NCBI GenBank assembly: GCA_038998335.1
Contig: JAVZHQ010000002.1
Span: 32,001-96,000 of the forward strand
Reading direction: 5' to 3'
DNA: 64,000 nucleotides
Source of the DNA: Candidatus Aenigmatarchaeota archaeon
GTDB lineage: Archaea > Aenigmatarchaeota > Aenigmatarchaeia > CG10238-14 > SCSR01
This document shows, piece after piece, positions 45,371 through 54,648 of this stretch. The translations under genes were made by a program, and so were the position numbers. The notes beneath the pieces were generated by a model that was not told the DNA's origin, did not search any database, and saw only the letters and a list, made by a program, of their open reading frames with translations. The stretch's first letter is position 1. Each line of letters begins with the position of its first letter.

Positions 45371-46971
45371 AAAACTTCCTTCAATTTTTTAATCGATTCC
45401 TCTTTTGTTTCTATCAAATAAGGTCCTAGTCTTGGACCTTTCTCTACTTTTAAGAGAATTTTGTAGAGAAGTTTGAAGAAACTTGCTGGTTTAATTCCAT
45501 AACTTCTTGAAATTTCAAAAATTTTTGTCTGTACTTTTTCTCCGTCTTCTTCTTTTTCTAGATTTTCAACAAGCTCTTTTATTGCTTTCTTTTCCTCTTC
45601 AGAAATTTCTACTTCAGCTTCTATCTTTTCGTCTTCAACCCAATTCTTAGCAAACTCGAGTTTTTTCTTCAGATCTTCTATTAATTCTTTATCAACTTCT
45701 CTTACAAGTTTCATTTTCTTTAGCTTTTCTAAAGCAAATTCAAGCTGATTTTTTTCTGGTAGTATCCTTGCAATCTCAACAAGCCTTAAGTAAGGAATGC
45801 TTAAAGACGGTTTTTTAGGCGGACTGAGAAAATAAACATACTCAAAAAGTCTTTTTGCGTTCGTCAAGTCTCTTTCGTTTTCAACTTTTTCTAGCCCAAA
45901 ATAAATTCTCTCAAGCTTGCTAAGTTCGTCCATATACTTTGGGATATCCGTAACATCAAGCTCTCTTGTTCCTTCAAATCTTTTGAACATTAAAAGAATC
46001 AAGCTTTGAACGCTGCCATACCGAAACCAAACTTGGGGAGTAAAAACATTTCCATAAGATTTTGAAATTTTTTTACCTCCTTTTTCTAGAAACATTTCGT
46101 ATACTATGTGAAGAGGCGGTTCAAAACCTAGAACTTCTCTACAAATTGTGTCGTTAACTCTAACCGAGTCATGAATGTCTTTCCCATAAGCTTCAAAAAC
46201 AATTCCTAAGGTTTTCCATCTTGCTGCAAACTCTCCTTTCCAACTTAGTTTTCCGTTTCCCTTAAAGTAGCTTGCCTCACCTTTATAACCACAGCCCTTA
46301 ACTATAATTTCTTTTCCGGTGTTCAAGTTTTTTCCCACAAATTGTTGGTCGCAAACATAAAGCACTTTATGCTCTTCAGGAATAAGCTGATAAGCTCGGG
46401 TTGTGTAGATTTTTCCACATTTTTCACAAACAGGAAAATAAGGAAGCATTTCCACAAATTTTTCTTGCCCAAGTAAATCTTTCACTATTCTTCCAATTTT
46501 TTCCGCGTTCAAAAGAATTTGCTCTATTTCCTTGTCTAAAACTCCTTTTCTATAGTTTTCTGTTCCAGATTGGAAAGTGTAATCTATCCCAGCCTTTTCT
46601 ATAGCTTCTATAAGCAAGGAGCTCATATGCTCGCCATAACTTGAATGACATTTAAAAGGATCTGGAATGTCAGTAACAGGCACTCCTATATAATCTTCGA
46701 GCCAGTTTGGCATGGTTAAAGGAACCTTTCTTAAGCCATCTCTATCATCAGAGTAAGCAATAAACTCTGATTTAAAGCCTAAATCTCTCAAACCCAAAGT
46801 TACCCCATACTGTCTAATAACATCACCAAAACTACCTAGATGAGGAAAACCGGAAGCTCCTAAGCCTGATTCTGTCCTTAAAACTTTTAACTTCCTTTTT
46901 AATTTCTCTTCTCTTTCAACTATTTGCCTTGCTATTCTATCAATCCAGAACTCATACTTTTTCTTTTCCAT
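45367..46971 (-). CDS. lysS: Lysine--tRNA ligase, class I
   Basis: GASGFPHLGS, SDDRDGLRKVP, IPDP, KLSWKGEFAARW, KISKS, GPRLG. Confidence 0.95.
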   Translation of the reverse strand: MEKKKYEFWIDRIARQIVEREEKLKRKLKVLRTESGLGASGFPHLGSFGDVIRQYGVTLGLRDLGFKSEFIAYSDDRDGLRKVPLTMPNWLEDYIGVPVTDIPDPFKCHSSYGEHMSSLLIEAIEKAGIDYTFQSGTENYRKGVLDKEIEQILLNAEKIGRIVKDLLGQEKFVEMLPYFPVCEKCGKIYTTRAYQLIPEEHKVLYVCDQQFVGKNLNTGKEIIVKGCGYKGEASYFKGNGKLSWKGEFAARWKTLGIVFEAYGKDIHDSVRVNDTICREVLGFEPPLHIVYEMFLEKGGKKISKSYGNVFTPQVWFRYGSVQSLILLMFKRFEGTRELDVTDIPKYMDELSKLERIYFGLEKVENERDLTNAKRLFEYVYFLSPPKKPSLSIPYLRLVEIARILPEKNQLEFALEKLKKMKLVREVDKELIEDLKKKLEFAKNWVEDEKIEAEVEISEEEKKAIKELVENLEKEEDGEKVQTKIFEISRSYGIKPASFFKLLYKILLKVEKGPRLGPYLIETKEESIKKLKEVL

Positions 46972-46995
46972 TTCTCTCAACTTTTAAAAAGTTTG

Positions 46996-47066
46996 TGGGC
47001 CTGCCAGGAATTGAACCTGGTTCTTGGCGTTGTAAGCGCCACGTCCTACCGTTAGACTACAGGCCC
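46996..47066 (-). tRNA. tRNA-Val(TAC), intronless
   Basis: GGGCCTG/CAGGCCC acceptor, TGGCG-CT-TAC-AA-CGCCA, CCAGG-TTCAATT-CCTGG. Confidence 0.93.
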
Positions 47067-47113
47067 TTATGCCAATATTTATTTGTATCGAGTAAACTAA
47101 TAAATTATTTTTC

Positions 47114-47596
47114 TCAAAGCTTAAGAGAATGTTCAATCCTTATAGGTATTTCCTTTGATTTTTTATTTTTATCGTCTTCTAAAATTTTATAAGCTTTGAT
47201 TAAACCATAGCTAACGTAAGAAACATTTCTTCTAAAGAACTTTTCTTCAAATTCAGCTCTTGCCCATAAAACTATCTCCAAGTCTTTTGCCACATCTAAA
47301 TCATCCGGAGATAAATCTATTTTGCCGTTCGGATGTGAATGATACTGAAAAAACAAATAGCTTGGATTAAATTTCTTAAACATTCTAACGTACATTTCTG
47401 TTCTTTGATTGTCAACTTCATTGTAGCTAGCCTTTTCAAAGACAGGAACTACACCCTTCAAGTAGAATTTTTTATCTTTCTCCATTCCATAAACAAAACC
47501 ACTAAATTCTGTTCTAGCAAGAGCCGATATTCTTGCCAGCTCTGTTAATCTAATAGCATCTACTGTTGACAAACAAATCTCTTCTATTTCTACCAT
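47114..47596 (-). CDS. JAB/MPN (JAMM) domain protein
   Basis: EFSGFVYG plus YHSHPNGKIDLSPDDL matches E...HxH-x7-S-x2-D. Start placed at ATG 47596. Confidence 0.8.
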   Translation of the reverse strand: MVEIEEICLSTVDAIRLTELARISALARTEFSGFVYGMEKDKKFYLKGVVPVFEKASYNEVDNQRTEMYVRMFKKFNPSYLFFQYHSHPNGKIDLSPDDLDVAKDLEIVLWARAEFEEKFFRRNVSYVSYGLIKAYKILEDDKNKKSKEIPIRIEHSLKL

Positions 47597-47628
47597 AAGA
47601 ATTAAAAACAATCTTAAAGTTTAAATTT

Positions 47629-48105
47629 CTAATTTCTAACCTTAAGAAAATCAGAATATTCAAGAATTAACTCTTCTGGAACAAGTATTTTCTTGTAGCT
47701 TAGAATTCCTTTTTCAGCAAGCTTTTTATCAGAAGTTAGAAGAGTTAATTTTTCTCTTTTTGAAATGAACAAGTGTAAAGCATCTTTTGCTTCTAAACCA
47801 AAATTTTTTACTAAGTTAGCAATTGAAGAATTTAGACTAAACTCTTCTATTATTTCTGCCTTACTTTCTTCTAGAAACTTTTTAAGGAGGAGTGAAATTT
47901 TATTTTTATCTAATTTAAATTCCTTTTGCATTACTTCAAAAACCTCTGCCAAAACCCAAGAAGAAACAAAAATCTTAAAGTTATTGTTTAAACTTAAAGC
48001 CTTGATTATAAACGGGACTTTTCTTTTGTTGATCATGTTTTTAAAGTATCTTAAAAGTATGTTTGAGTCAAGGTATAGCTTTTCAATTTCTATAAATTTA
48101 TGCAT
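47629..48105 (-). CDS. PIN domain (VapC-like) ribonuclease
   Basis: YLDSNIL, VLAEV, KDALHL, LLTSDKKL. Confidence 0.88.
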   Translation of the reverse strand: MHKFIEIEKLYLDSNILLRYFKNMINKRKVPFIIKALSLNNNFKIFVSSWVLAEVFEVMQKEFKLDKNKISLLLKKFLEESKAEIIEEFSLNSSIANLVKNFGLEAKDALHLFISKREKLTLLTSDKKLAEKGILSYKKILVPEELILEYSDFLKVRN

Positions 48106-48164
48106 AGAAAAATTTATATACTAATAATATTTAAATATTTTGGGAGTTCACTTCCGGTGATCTA

Positions 48165-48620
48165 ATGAAAATAAAAAATGTAGAATACGATACAAAAAAT
48201 GCACAAAAAATATTTGAACTGCTTGAAAAAAACCCTAGAGGGTTAACAATTAGTGAGATTTCTAGAGAGCTTAGACTAAACCGCCATACTGTAACAAAAC
48301 TTTTAGAAAGAATGCTTATAGAAAAAAAAGTAAACTATGAGGAAAAAGGCCCAGCAAAAATTTTTTACTCAGTTGGAACAAGCAAGTTTGTTGGAAGAAT
48401 TGACCAAGAAAAAGATACGCTTTGGTTTAACGTTTTTAAACCAAAGTATCCTGGGGAAGAAGAATTTTTAAGAATAAACCAGACAAAGCACGATTATCTT
48501 ATTAGGTCTTCTACTAAGTTTAAGTCTGTTGGTGCAGTTGCTATTAAAAAAAGTAGTTTAGTAAGTGTGATTAAGTTATTAAAAGAAGTAGCAAAAAGAG
48601 AGTTTGGTTTAGAAGTTTAA
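48165..48620 (+). CDS. Winged-HTH protein with C-terminal beta4-alpha (PC4/PUR-like) domain
   Basis: GLTISEISRELRLNRHTVTKLL HTH. The C-terminal fold is inferred from its pattern only. Confidence 0.7.
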   Translation: MKIKNVEYDTKNAQKIFELLEKNPRGLTISEISRELRLNRHTVTKLLERMLIEKKVNYEEKGPAKIFYSVGTSKFVGRIDQEKDTLWFNVFKPKYPGEEEFLRINQTKHDYLIRSSTKFKSVGAVAIKKSSLVSVIKLLKEVAKREFGLEV

Positions 48621-49339
48621 GACGCTACCAATCCTAGAGTTGCTGCAATTATAAATACAATTTGTCTTATCTCAAACCTTGGTCTCCAGTTAAAATAGTT
48701 AGAAGAAAGTTTAATTGTACCCTTATCACCGTTTATAGTTACTTGATATTTACTAGAATTCAGGAATTTTATCTTTGGCCTAAAGCTTATAACTCTTAAG
48801 CAGCTAGGAAACTTTGCCAAATAAAAATTAAACTTTCTATTTTTTTCCAAATAATTCCCTTTTAAAACTTCATAAATTAAACCTTCTATATTTCTAAACA
48901 TAGCTTGTTTAAGTTCTATCGCATGTTTTGAATAAATTTCCTTAAGTTTTTGTGAATCGAGCTTAAGAGGATGGAACTTTACCTTAAGCAAACTTTCAAG
49001 AAGAAGAACTATTTCTTCAGTTTTTTTGTCAGGACCTCGATAAACTTCAAGAGTTTTAGTTAAAGTGTTAATAAAGCAATAAGTTCTTTTCAAGATTTTG
49101 TTTTTGCCGTTTTGTTTCAAAAAACTAACTATTTCATAAATATCTTCTTCTGAAAAAGCCTTTTTTAAAGCATCCTCTAAACTTTCATAGTAAAAATATT
49201 GAACAAAAACTTCATTCTTATCATACCTGCTAACCTTTGCTTCTATCCAGCTATCTTTGAATTTTTTGTTGTTCAAAATTCCGCATATTTCAAAAGGACT
49301 AGGAAGTTTTTCAAAAAGAAAAACTGTTATGGTTGGCAT
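48617..49339 (-). CDS. Hypothetical protein (alpha/beta)
   Basis: 240 aa ORF converging on the wHTH gene. Confidence 0.65.
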   Translation of the reverse strand: MPTITVFLFEKLPSPFEICGILNNKKFKDSWIEAKVSRYDKNEVFVQYFYYESLEDALKKAFSEEDIYEIVSFLKQNGKNKILKRTYCFINTLTKTLEVYRGPDKKTEEIVLLLESLLKVKFHPLKLDSQKLKEIYSKHAIELKQAMFRNIEGLIYEVLKGNYLEKNRKFNFYLAKFPSCLRVISFRPKIKFLNSSKYQVTINGDKGTIKLSSNYFNWRPRFEIRQIVFIIAATLGLVAS

Positions 49340-49395
49340 GATTAAGAAAATGAAAAATAAGACTGATAAAAATTTTTAACTTAAGGAAGTGGTAA

Positions 49396-49842
49396 CTACC
49401 AGACAATTACTCTTAACCAAACTCTTTTAATTTTTCCGTTCAAATCTTGAATCAACATTGGTTCTTCATAAGCTATTCTGTTAGTTGAGCTGGCAATTTT
49501 TCCATAATAAGGAGAAACTTTTAAAAATGTAAAATTAGAAATTCCACTAATATTAACAAAAATTTGATGGTTTTTAATTTCTTCGGGGGCATTAAAAACA
49601 CAAGACCAATGACCTGTTGAATTTGTATTGGGACAAGTTATTTCTCTATCAACAAAAATTTTTACTTCAGCGTTTTGAATTGGCATACCATTAAAATCTT
49701 TTGCTTCGCCATAAGCTAGAATAGTATCCTGCCACCAAGAAACTGAAGAATTTAAGTTTAAAGTTACTATTCCTTCTTCAGAAGCATAAGCAAAGACTAA
49801 AAAAATTAGTAGAAAAATTAAAAAAGGTAATAAGAGCTTCAT
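49396..49842 (-). CDS. Secreted protein with Ig/carboxypeptidase-regulatory-like domain
   Basis: Signal peptide; GMPIQNAEVKI...TNSTGHWSC pattern. Confidence 0.6.
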   Translation of the reverse strand: MKLLLPFLIFLLIFLVFAYASEEGIVTLNLNSSVSWWQDTILAYGEAKDFNGMPIQNAEVKIFVDREITCPNTNSTGHWSCVFNAPEEIKNHQIFVNISGISNFTFLKVSPYYGKIASSTNRIAYEEPMLIQDLNGKIKRVWLRVIVW

Positions 49843-49881
49843 GTTTAATATTAAGTTACTTTAAATTAAAATTGTGATTGT

Positions 49882-50283
49882 ATGGAAGAAAAAGAGCTTC
49901 AAGAAAAAATATTTGTTTACAGGCTTTTGGAAGCTAGACTAAATTCTTTACTTAAAGAAAGAGAATTGTTAATAGCAAAAATTGTAGAAATTCAAACAAC
50001 TTTACAAAGTATAGAGGAAATTAAGAAAGGCGAGGAAGTACTTTTTGCCTTAGGCTCAGAAGCTTATGCTTTTGGAAAGTTGAAAGAAAAAAATAGGATT
50101 ATAGTTGAGGTTGGTAGCAATATAGCCTTGGAGAAAAATTTTGAAGACGCAAAAAAAACTTTAGAAAAAAGAAGAATCGAAATGGAAAAAACTTTAAACG
50201 AAGTAGAGAAAAGTATTGTTGAAGTTTCTTCAAGACTCCAAGAGCTCGCTCCAGAAATAGAGAAACTAGCTAAAGGGAGTTGA
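49882..50283 (+). CDS. pfdA: Prefoldin subunit alpha
   Basis: Coiled coils around beta hairpins (VLFALGSEAY, IIVEVGSNIALEK); upstream of ftsY. Confidence 0.92.
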   Translation: MEEKELQEKIFVYRLLEARLNSLLKERELLIAKIVEIQTTLQSIEEIKKGEEVLFALGSEAYAFGKLKEKNRIIVEVGSNIALEKNFEDAKKTLEKRRIEMEKTLNEVEKSIVEVSSRLQELAPEIEKLAKGS

Positions 50284-51411
50284 ATGTTTGGGGTTCTTAA
50301 GAAAAAAATTTCAAAAGCAATAGAAGCTATCTCTGAGAAATTTAAGAAAAAAGAAGAAGTTAGCGAAAAAATTGAGAAAAAAATTGAAGAAATAGAAGAG
50401 AAAGAACCTGAAAAAGTTATCGAAGAAATAAAAAAAGAAAGCCCAAGCGAAGAATTTAAGAAAATTCTCGAAGAAAGCGAAAAGGAAATAAAAGAAGCTA
50501 AGCCAAAAGAGAGAAAAAGTCTTATAAAAAAAGTGAAGGAGAAGATAATAAAGAAAATAAGAGAAAAAAAGTTAGAAGAAAAAGATTTGCTTCCTGTTCT
50601 TAATGAAATGAAGTTTGATTTAATAGAGGCTGACGTTACCTTAGAAGTTGCAGAAAAAATAATAAACGAACTTAAAAATAGCCTTTTAGGAAAAGAAGTC
50701 AAGAAAGGTGAGGAAGAAAAAGTTATAAAAGAAGCTTTAAGGAAAAGCTTGTTTGAGATCCTCTCTGTTCCAAAAATAAGTCTTGAGGAAACAATAGAAA
50801 AAGCGAAAAGAGAAAATAGACCTGCACTTTTTGTTTTTCTTGGGTTTAACGGTGTAGGCAAATCTTTGAACCTAGCAAAAGTAGCTCTTTGGCTCAAGAA
50901 TAAAGGTTACAAACCTTTGATAGCTGCAGGTGATACTTTTAGAGCTGCTGCAATAGACCAAATAGAAGAATACGCAAAAATTGTTAACGTGCCAGTAATC
51001 AAACAAAAGTATGGAGCTGATTCTTGTGCAGTAATTTATGATGCAAGAAAGGCTGCAGAAGCCAGAGGTTTTGACGTAGTTTTAGCTGACACTGCGGGAA
51101 GAAGCCATACAAACAAGAATTTGATGGAAGAACTGAACAAGATTTGCAGAGTTAACAAGCCAGACTTAAAAATTTTGGTTTTAGATAGTTTAAGTGGGAG
51201 TGATGTTATTAATCAATTTAATTTTTTTGATAAAACTGTAGGTGTTGATGCAATTATATTCTCTAAGGTTGATGTAAACGAAAAAGGAGGAAACATCCTT
51301 TCTGTTTGCCATACTTTCAAAAGACCCATTTTGTTTATTGGTACTGGCCAAGGTTCTAAAGACTTAAAAGAATATGAACCAAACTTTTTTGTCTCAAACT
51401 TGGTTGATTAA
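50284..51411 (+). CDS. ftsY: Signal recognition particle receptor FtsY
   Basis: Charged N-terminal region, GFNGVGKS, AGDTFRAAAIDQ, DTAGR, FIGTGQ. Confidence 0.95.
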   Translation: MFGVLKKKISKAIEAISEKFKKKEEVSEKIEKKIEEIEEKEPEKVIEEIKKESPSEEFKKILEESEKEIKEAKPKERKSLIKKVKEKIIKKIREKKLEEKDLLPVLNEMKFDLIEADVTLEVAEKIINELKNSLLGKEVKKGEEEKVIKEALRKSLFEILSVPKISLEETIEKAKRENRPALFVFLGFNGVGKSLNLAKVALWLKNKGYKPLIAAGDTFRAAAIDQIEEYAKIVNVPVIKQKYGADSCAVIYDARKAAEARGFDVVLADTAGRSHTNKNLMEELNKICRVNKPDLKILVLDSLSGSDVINQFNFFDKTVGVDAIIFSKVDVNEKGGNILSVCHTFKRPILFIGTGQGSKDLKEYEPNFFVSNLVD

Positions 51412-51463
51412 TAATCAGTTAATGGTTAAAAATTTTAATTTGAAAAAAAGTCAAATAATAAAT

Positions 51464-52273
51464 ATGAACGAAACCCTAATCATAGTTTTCATTGCAATAT
51501 TTATTGTAGGTTTAATAGTTGGTTATATTCCAAGCTTGGCTGTTCCTATTCCTAATGGTGGTGGTAGTTCAGGAGCTCCTAGCCCAGGGCATACAGCAAG
51601 TCAAATAGGAGGGGGTACTGACGCAGAAAGAACCTTTGCCTCTTCTGGAAAGTATACTTTTCTTGGAGCATTAGACGTAAGAGGAGGGTTAACTGTAGTA
51701 GGGGATATCTCTTCATCAAATTATGTAAGAGGCACAACTGGTCTTTGTATCGGAAGTGATTGCAGAACTTCTTGGCCGTCTGGAATTAGTGGAAGTGGAA
51801 CAGCAAACTATATCGTCAAATTCACCAGCTCCAATACTATTAACACTTCTCTAATATATGAGAGTGGAGGTAATATTGGTATTGGCACAACAACACCAAA
51901 TTATAAACTTCACGTAAAGGGAAACGCCTATTTTGATGGCCCTGTTGGTATAGGAGGGCAAGCATACAATCCAGGCGAACTAAAAGTAACTGGCTGGGCC
52001 TACTTAGGTCGTGCGAATGTAGCAGCATCAGGCCAAACTAGCTGTACAAATTATGGAACTAGCTATTGTCTTGTTGATGATGCTAACGATTGGATTGTGG
52101 CGTATTGCCCTTCAGGTAAGAGTATGGTGATAGGTGGAGGTTGTTCAAGCGATAAACCTGCTCCACTCTGGAAAAATGCACCTCTAGGCGACACTGGTTG
52201 GGAGTGCGACTGGAATGGAGATGCAGGCAAAATGACAGTTTATTTAATTTGTGCAAGAATAGCAGGTGATTAA
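51464..52273 (+). CDS. Secreted fibre/adhesin-like protein with Cys-containing tip domain
   Basis: Start placed at ATG 51464 (MNETLIIV). GHTASQIGG, CIGSDCRTSW, GNIGIGTTTPNYKLHVKG, C-terminal CPSGK...GGGCS...WEC. Confidence 0.7.
   Translation: MNETLIIVFIAIFIVGLIVGYIPSLAVPIPNGGGSSGAPSPGHTASQIGGGTDAERTFASSGKYTFLGALDVRGGLTVVGDISSSNYVRGTTGLCIGSDCRTSWPSGISGSGTANYIVKFTSSNTINTSLIYESGGNIGIGTTTPNYKLHVKGNAYFDGPVGIGGQAYNPGELKVTGWAYLGRANVAASGQTSCTNYGTSYCLVDDANDWIVAYCPSGKSMVIGGGCSSDKPAPLWKNAPLGDTGWECDWNGDAGKMTVYLICARIAGD
51570..51682 (+). repeat. 113-bp block shared in inverted orientation with 23600..23712
   Basis: 6 substitutions over 113 bp by manual alignment. Confidence 0.9.
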
Positions 52274-52460
52274 AAGTTATAATCGAGAATCTGAAATTTT
52301 TCAACCATGTAAATACAAAAAACTTATCTAATTCTTTTAGCAACAGTCTTATTATTAAATCTGGTTCAACCTCTAAACAATTTATAAACACTTTTTAAGT
52401 CTTTGTTAGCTTGATAAAAAAGAATTTAATAGATTTAAAAAACGAATAAATTAACAATAA

Positions 52461-53792
52461 GTGAGAAAAATGTTCGACAGTCTAGGAAAAAACCTTAGCA
52501 ATTTGATAAGAAGAATAATAACAGGCGTTACTATAGACAAAAAAGCAGTAGAAGAAATTCTAGAAAATTTAAAAGTAATTCTTTTGCAAGCTGATGTCGA
52601 TGCCAAGCTTGTAGAAGAGCTAACAGCAAAAATAAGGAAAAAGTGTTTAGAAGAGAAAATTCCTGCTGGTTTGACTCTCAGAGAACATGTTTTGAAAGTA
52701 ATTTATGAAGAACTGGTAAACCTGCTTGGAGGAAAACCTTCAGCCTTGATAGGAAAGAAAAAAATAATGGTAGTTGGTTTATTTGGCTCAGGAAAAACAA
52801 CAAGCATAGTAAAAATTGCAAAATATTTTCAAAAACAAGGTTTAAAACCAGCCTTAGTTGCTTTAGATTATCATAGGCCTGCTGCTGTTGAACAACTTTT
52901 ACAATTGGGAAAGCAAATCAATATCCCTGTCTACTTTGATGAAGGTAAAGACCCTTATAAATGCGCAAAAAATGCTTTAGAAAAATTCAAGAATTACGAT
53001 ACAATAATTTTTGATACAGCAGGAAGAGACGCTTTAGATAAAGAGCTAGCGGAAGAACTAAAAAAGCTGGGAGAAATAATTAAACCTGATGAAGTTTTAT
53101 TAACAATTCCTGCAGACATAGGAAAAATTGCTGGCCCTCAAGCTAGTGAATTTAACAAGCTGGTAGGAATTAGTGGAGTAATAGTAACTAAAATGGATGG
53201 CACTGCAAAAGGAGGAGGAGCCTTAACTTCTTGTTTTGCAACAGGAGCAAAAGTTAAGTTTATTGGTATAGGAGAAAAAATAGAAGATTTAGAAGTTTAC
53301 AACCCAGAAAGGTTTGTTTCTAGATTGCTTGGCTTAGGCGACTTACAAACTCTTTTAGAAAAAGCAAAAGAAGCAGAAATAAAACCTGAAAAAGTTGAGA
53401 AAATAGTTGAAGGGAAGTTTACACTTCAAGACTTTTATGAGCAAATTCAAGCCATGCAAAAAATGGGGCCACTTTCAAAAGTTGTACAAATGATTCCAGG
53501 CTTGGGAATGCAACTTCCTGAAGAGCTTTTGGAAAAACAAGAAGAGAAATTAAAGAGTTATAAGTATATTATTGATAGCATGACAAAAGAAGAAAGAGAA
53601 AATCCTGAGATAATAAACTCAAGTAGAATTTCAAGGATTGCTAAAGGGAGCGGAAGACCTGAAGCTGAAGTTAGGGAATTGCTTAGTCAATATGAGAAAA
53701 TGAAAAAACTACTGAAAACTTTTGGAGGAAAAGCTGGGCTTGAAAGAGGAAACTTAAAAAAGCTTGCAAAACAATTTGGATTTAGGTTTTAA
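52461..53792 (+). CDS. srp54: Signal recognition particle protein SRP54
   Basis: GLFGSGKTT, DTAGR, TKMDGTAKGGGAL, M domain SMTKEER...SRISRIAKGSG. Confidence 0.96.
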   Translation: MRKMFDSLGKNLSNLIRRIITGVTIDKKAVEEILENLKVILLQADVDAKLVEELTAKIRKKCLEEKIPAGLTLREHVLKVIYEELVNLLGGKPSALIGKKKIMVVGLFGSGKTTSIVKIAKYFQKQGLKPALVALDYHRPAAVEQLLQLGKQINIPVYFDEGKDPYKCAKNALEKFKNYDTIIFDTAGRDALDKELAEELKKLGEIIKPDEVLLTIPADIGKIAGPQASEFNKLVGISGVIVTKMDGTAKGGGALTSCFATGAKVKFIGIGEKIEDLEVYNPERFVSRLLGLGDLQTLLEKAKEAEIKPEKVEKIVEGKFTLQDFYEQIQAMQKMGPLSKVVQMIPGLGMQLPEELLEKQEEKLKSYKYIIDSMTKEERENPEIINSSRISRIAKGSGRPEAEVRELLSQYEKMKKLLKTFGGKAGLERGNLKKLAKQFGFRF

Positions 53793-53793
53793 A

Positions 53794-54648
53794 ATGGAAG
53801 GAAAGAAAGTAGTTTTGTTTTTTGCTGGAATTTTTCTTTTAACTCAGATTTTAGGGCTTTATATTGGTAATGAATACATTCAACTAATAAAAGCTGGTGA
53901 AGCAGAACCTGCTTTTGAAAATCCAGAAAGCGTTGAAAATTCTATTCTTTTAATTTTTTACATGCTTCTGATGACAGGCTTGATAATACTAATAATCAAA
54001 TACAGAAAAACTCTTATAAGAGTTTTAGAAGCTGTAGCTGTGTTTTTCGCTTCTATGATAACTTTTGACTTTCTTTTTCCAGTTGTAATACTTTTTGTTC
54101 CTGTATCTTTGATTCTTGCTTTTATTTTGACAGCTTGGAAAATTTTAAGGCCAAGTGTCTTAAACCAAAATCTAGCCATTATTTTCTCTATTGCTGGAGC
54201 TGGAGCAGTAATAGGTGCTTCGCTCGGAGTTCTCCCTGTTTTGGTTTTCATAGCTCTAATTGCAATTTATGATTTTATTTCTGTTTTTTTAACCAAACAT
54301 ATGGTTTATATAGCAAAAGAAATAACAAAAACTCCAACTGCTTTTACCGCTGCCTTTCCCTATAAATTTGAAAAACCAAAAAAAGTTGCTGTTAGAGGAA
54401 GAAAAATAACGAAAAAGTTTCATGTTTTTCAGCTTGGAGGTGGTGATATAGCCTTACCTTTAATCTTTTCTGTTTCTGTGCTCAGAAGCTTTGGTTTAAT
54501 CCAAGCAATTTTCTCTATGATTGGGGCTTTAATCTTCCTTTCCATTCTTATTTATTACGTTACAAAAAAACCTGGCATGGCTTTACCAGGAATTCCATGG
54601 ATAAGTTGTGGGATGCTTTCTTTCTTTATAATTTCCATGTTGATTTAA
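53794..54648 (+). CDS. Presenilin/signal-peptide-peptidase-like GxGD intramembrane aspartyl protease
   Basis: YDFISVFLTKHM, LGGGDIALP, ALPGIP; multi-TM. Start placed at ATG 53794. Confidence 0.88.
   Translation: MEGKKVVLFFAGIFLLTQILGLYIGNEYIQLIKAGEAEPAFENPESVENSILLIFYMLLMTGLIILIIKYRKTLIRVLEAVAVFFASMITFDFLFPVVILFVPVSLILAFILTAWKILRPSVLNQNLAIIFSIAGAGAVIGASLGVLPVLVFIALIAIYDFISVFLTKHMVYIAKEITKTPTAFTAAFPYKFEKPKKVAVRGRKITKKFHVFQLGGGDIALPLIFSVSVLRSFGLIQAIFSMIGALIFLSILIYYVTKKPGMALPGIPWISCGMLSFFIISMLI

Noticed and set aside
46996-49842. Integrated element at tRNA-Val
   Set aside because: No integrase and no duplicated tRNA end (att site) seen; the accessory genes lie on the 5' side of the tRNA.
50064-50897. 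277-aa antisense ORF, and similar shadow ORFs such as 14460..14738, 36790..37266 and 61535..62128
   Set aside because: F/S/L-rich mirror translations of K/E-rich real genes on the opposite strand.
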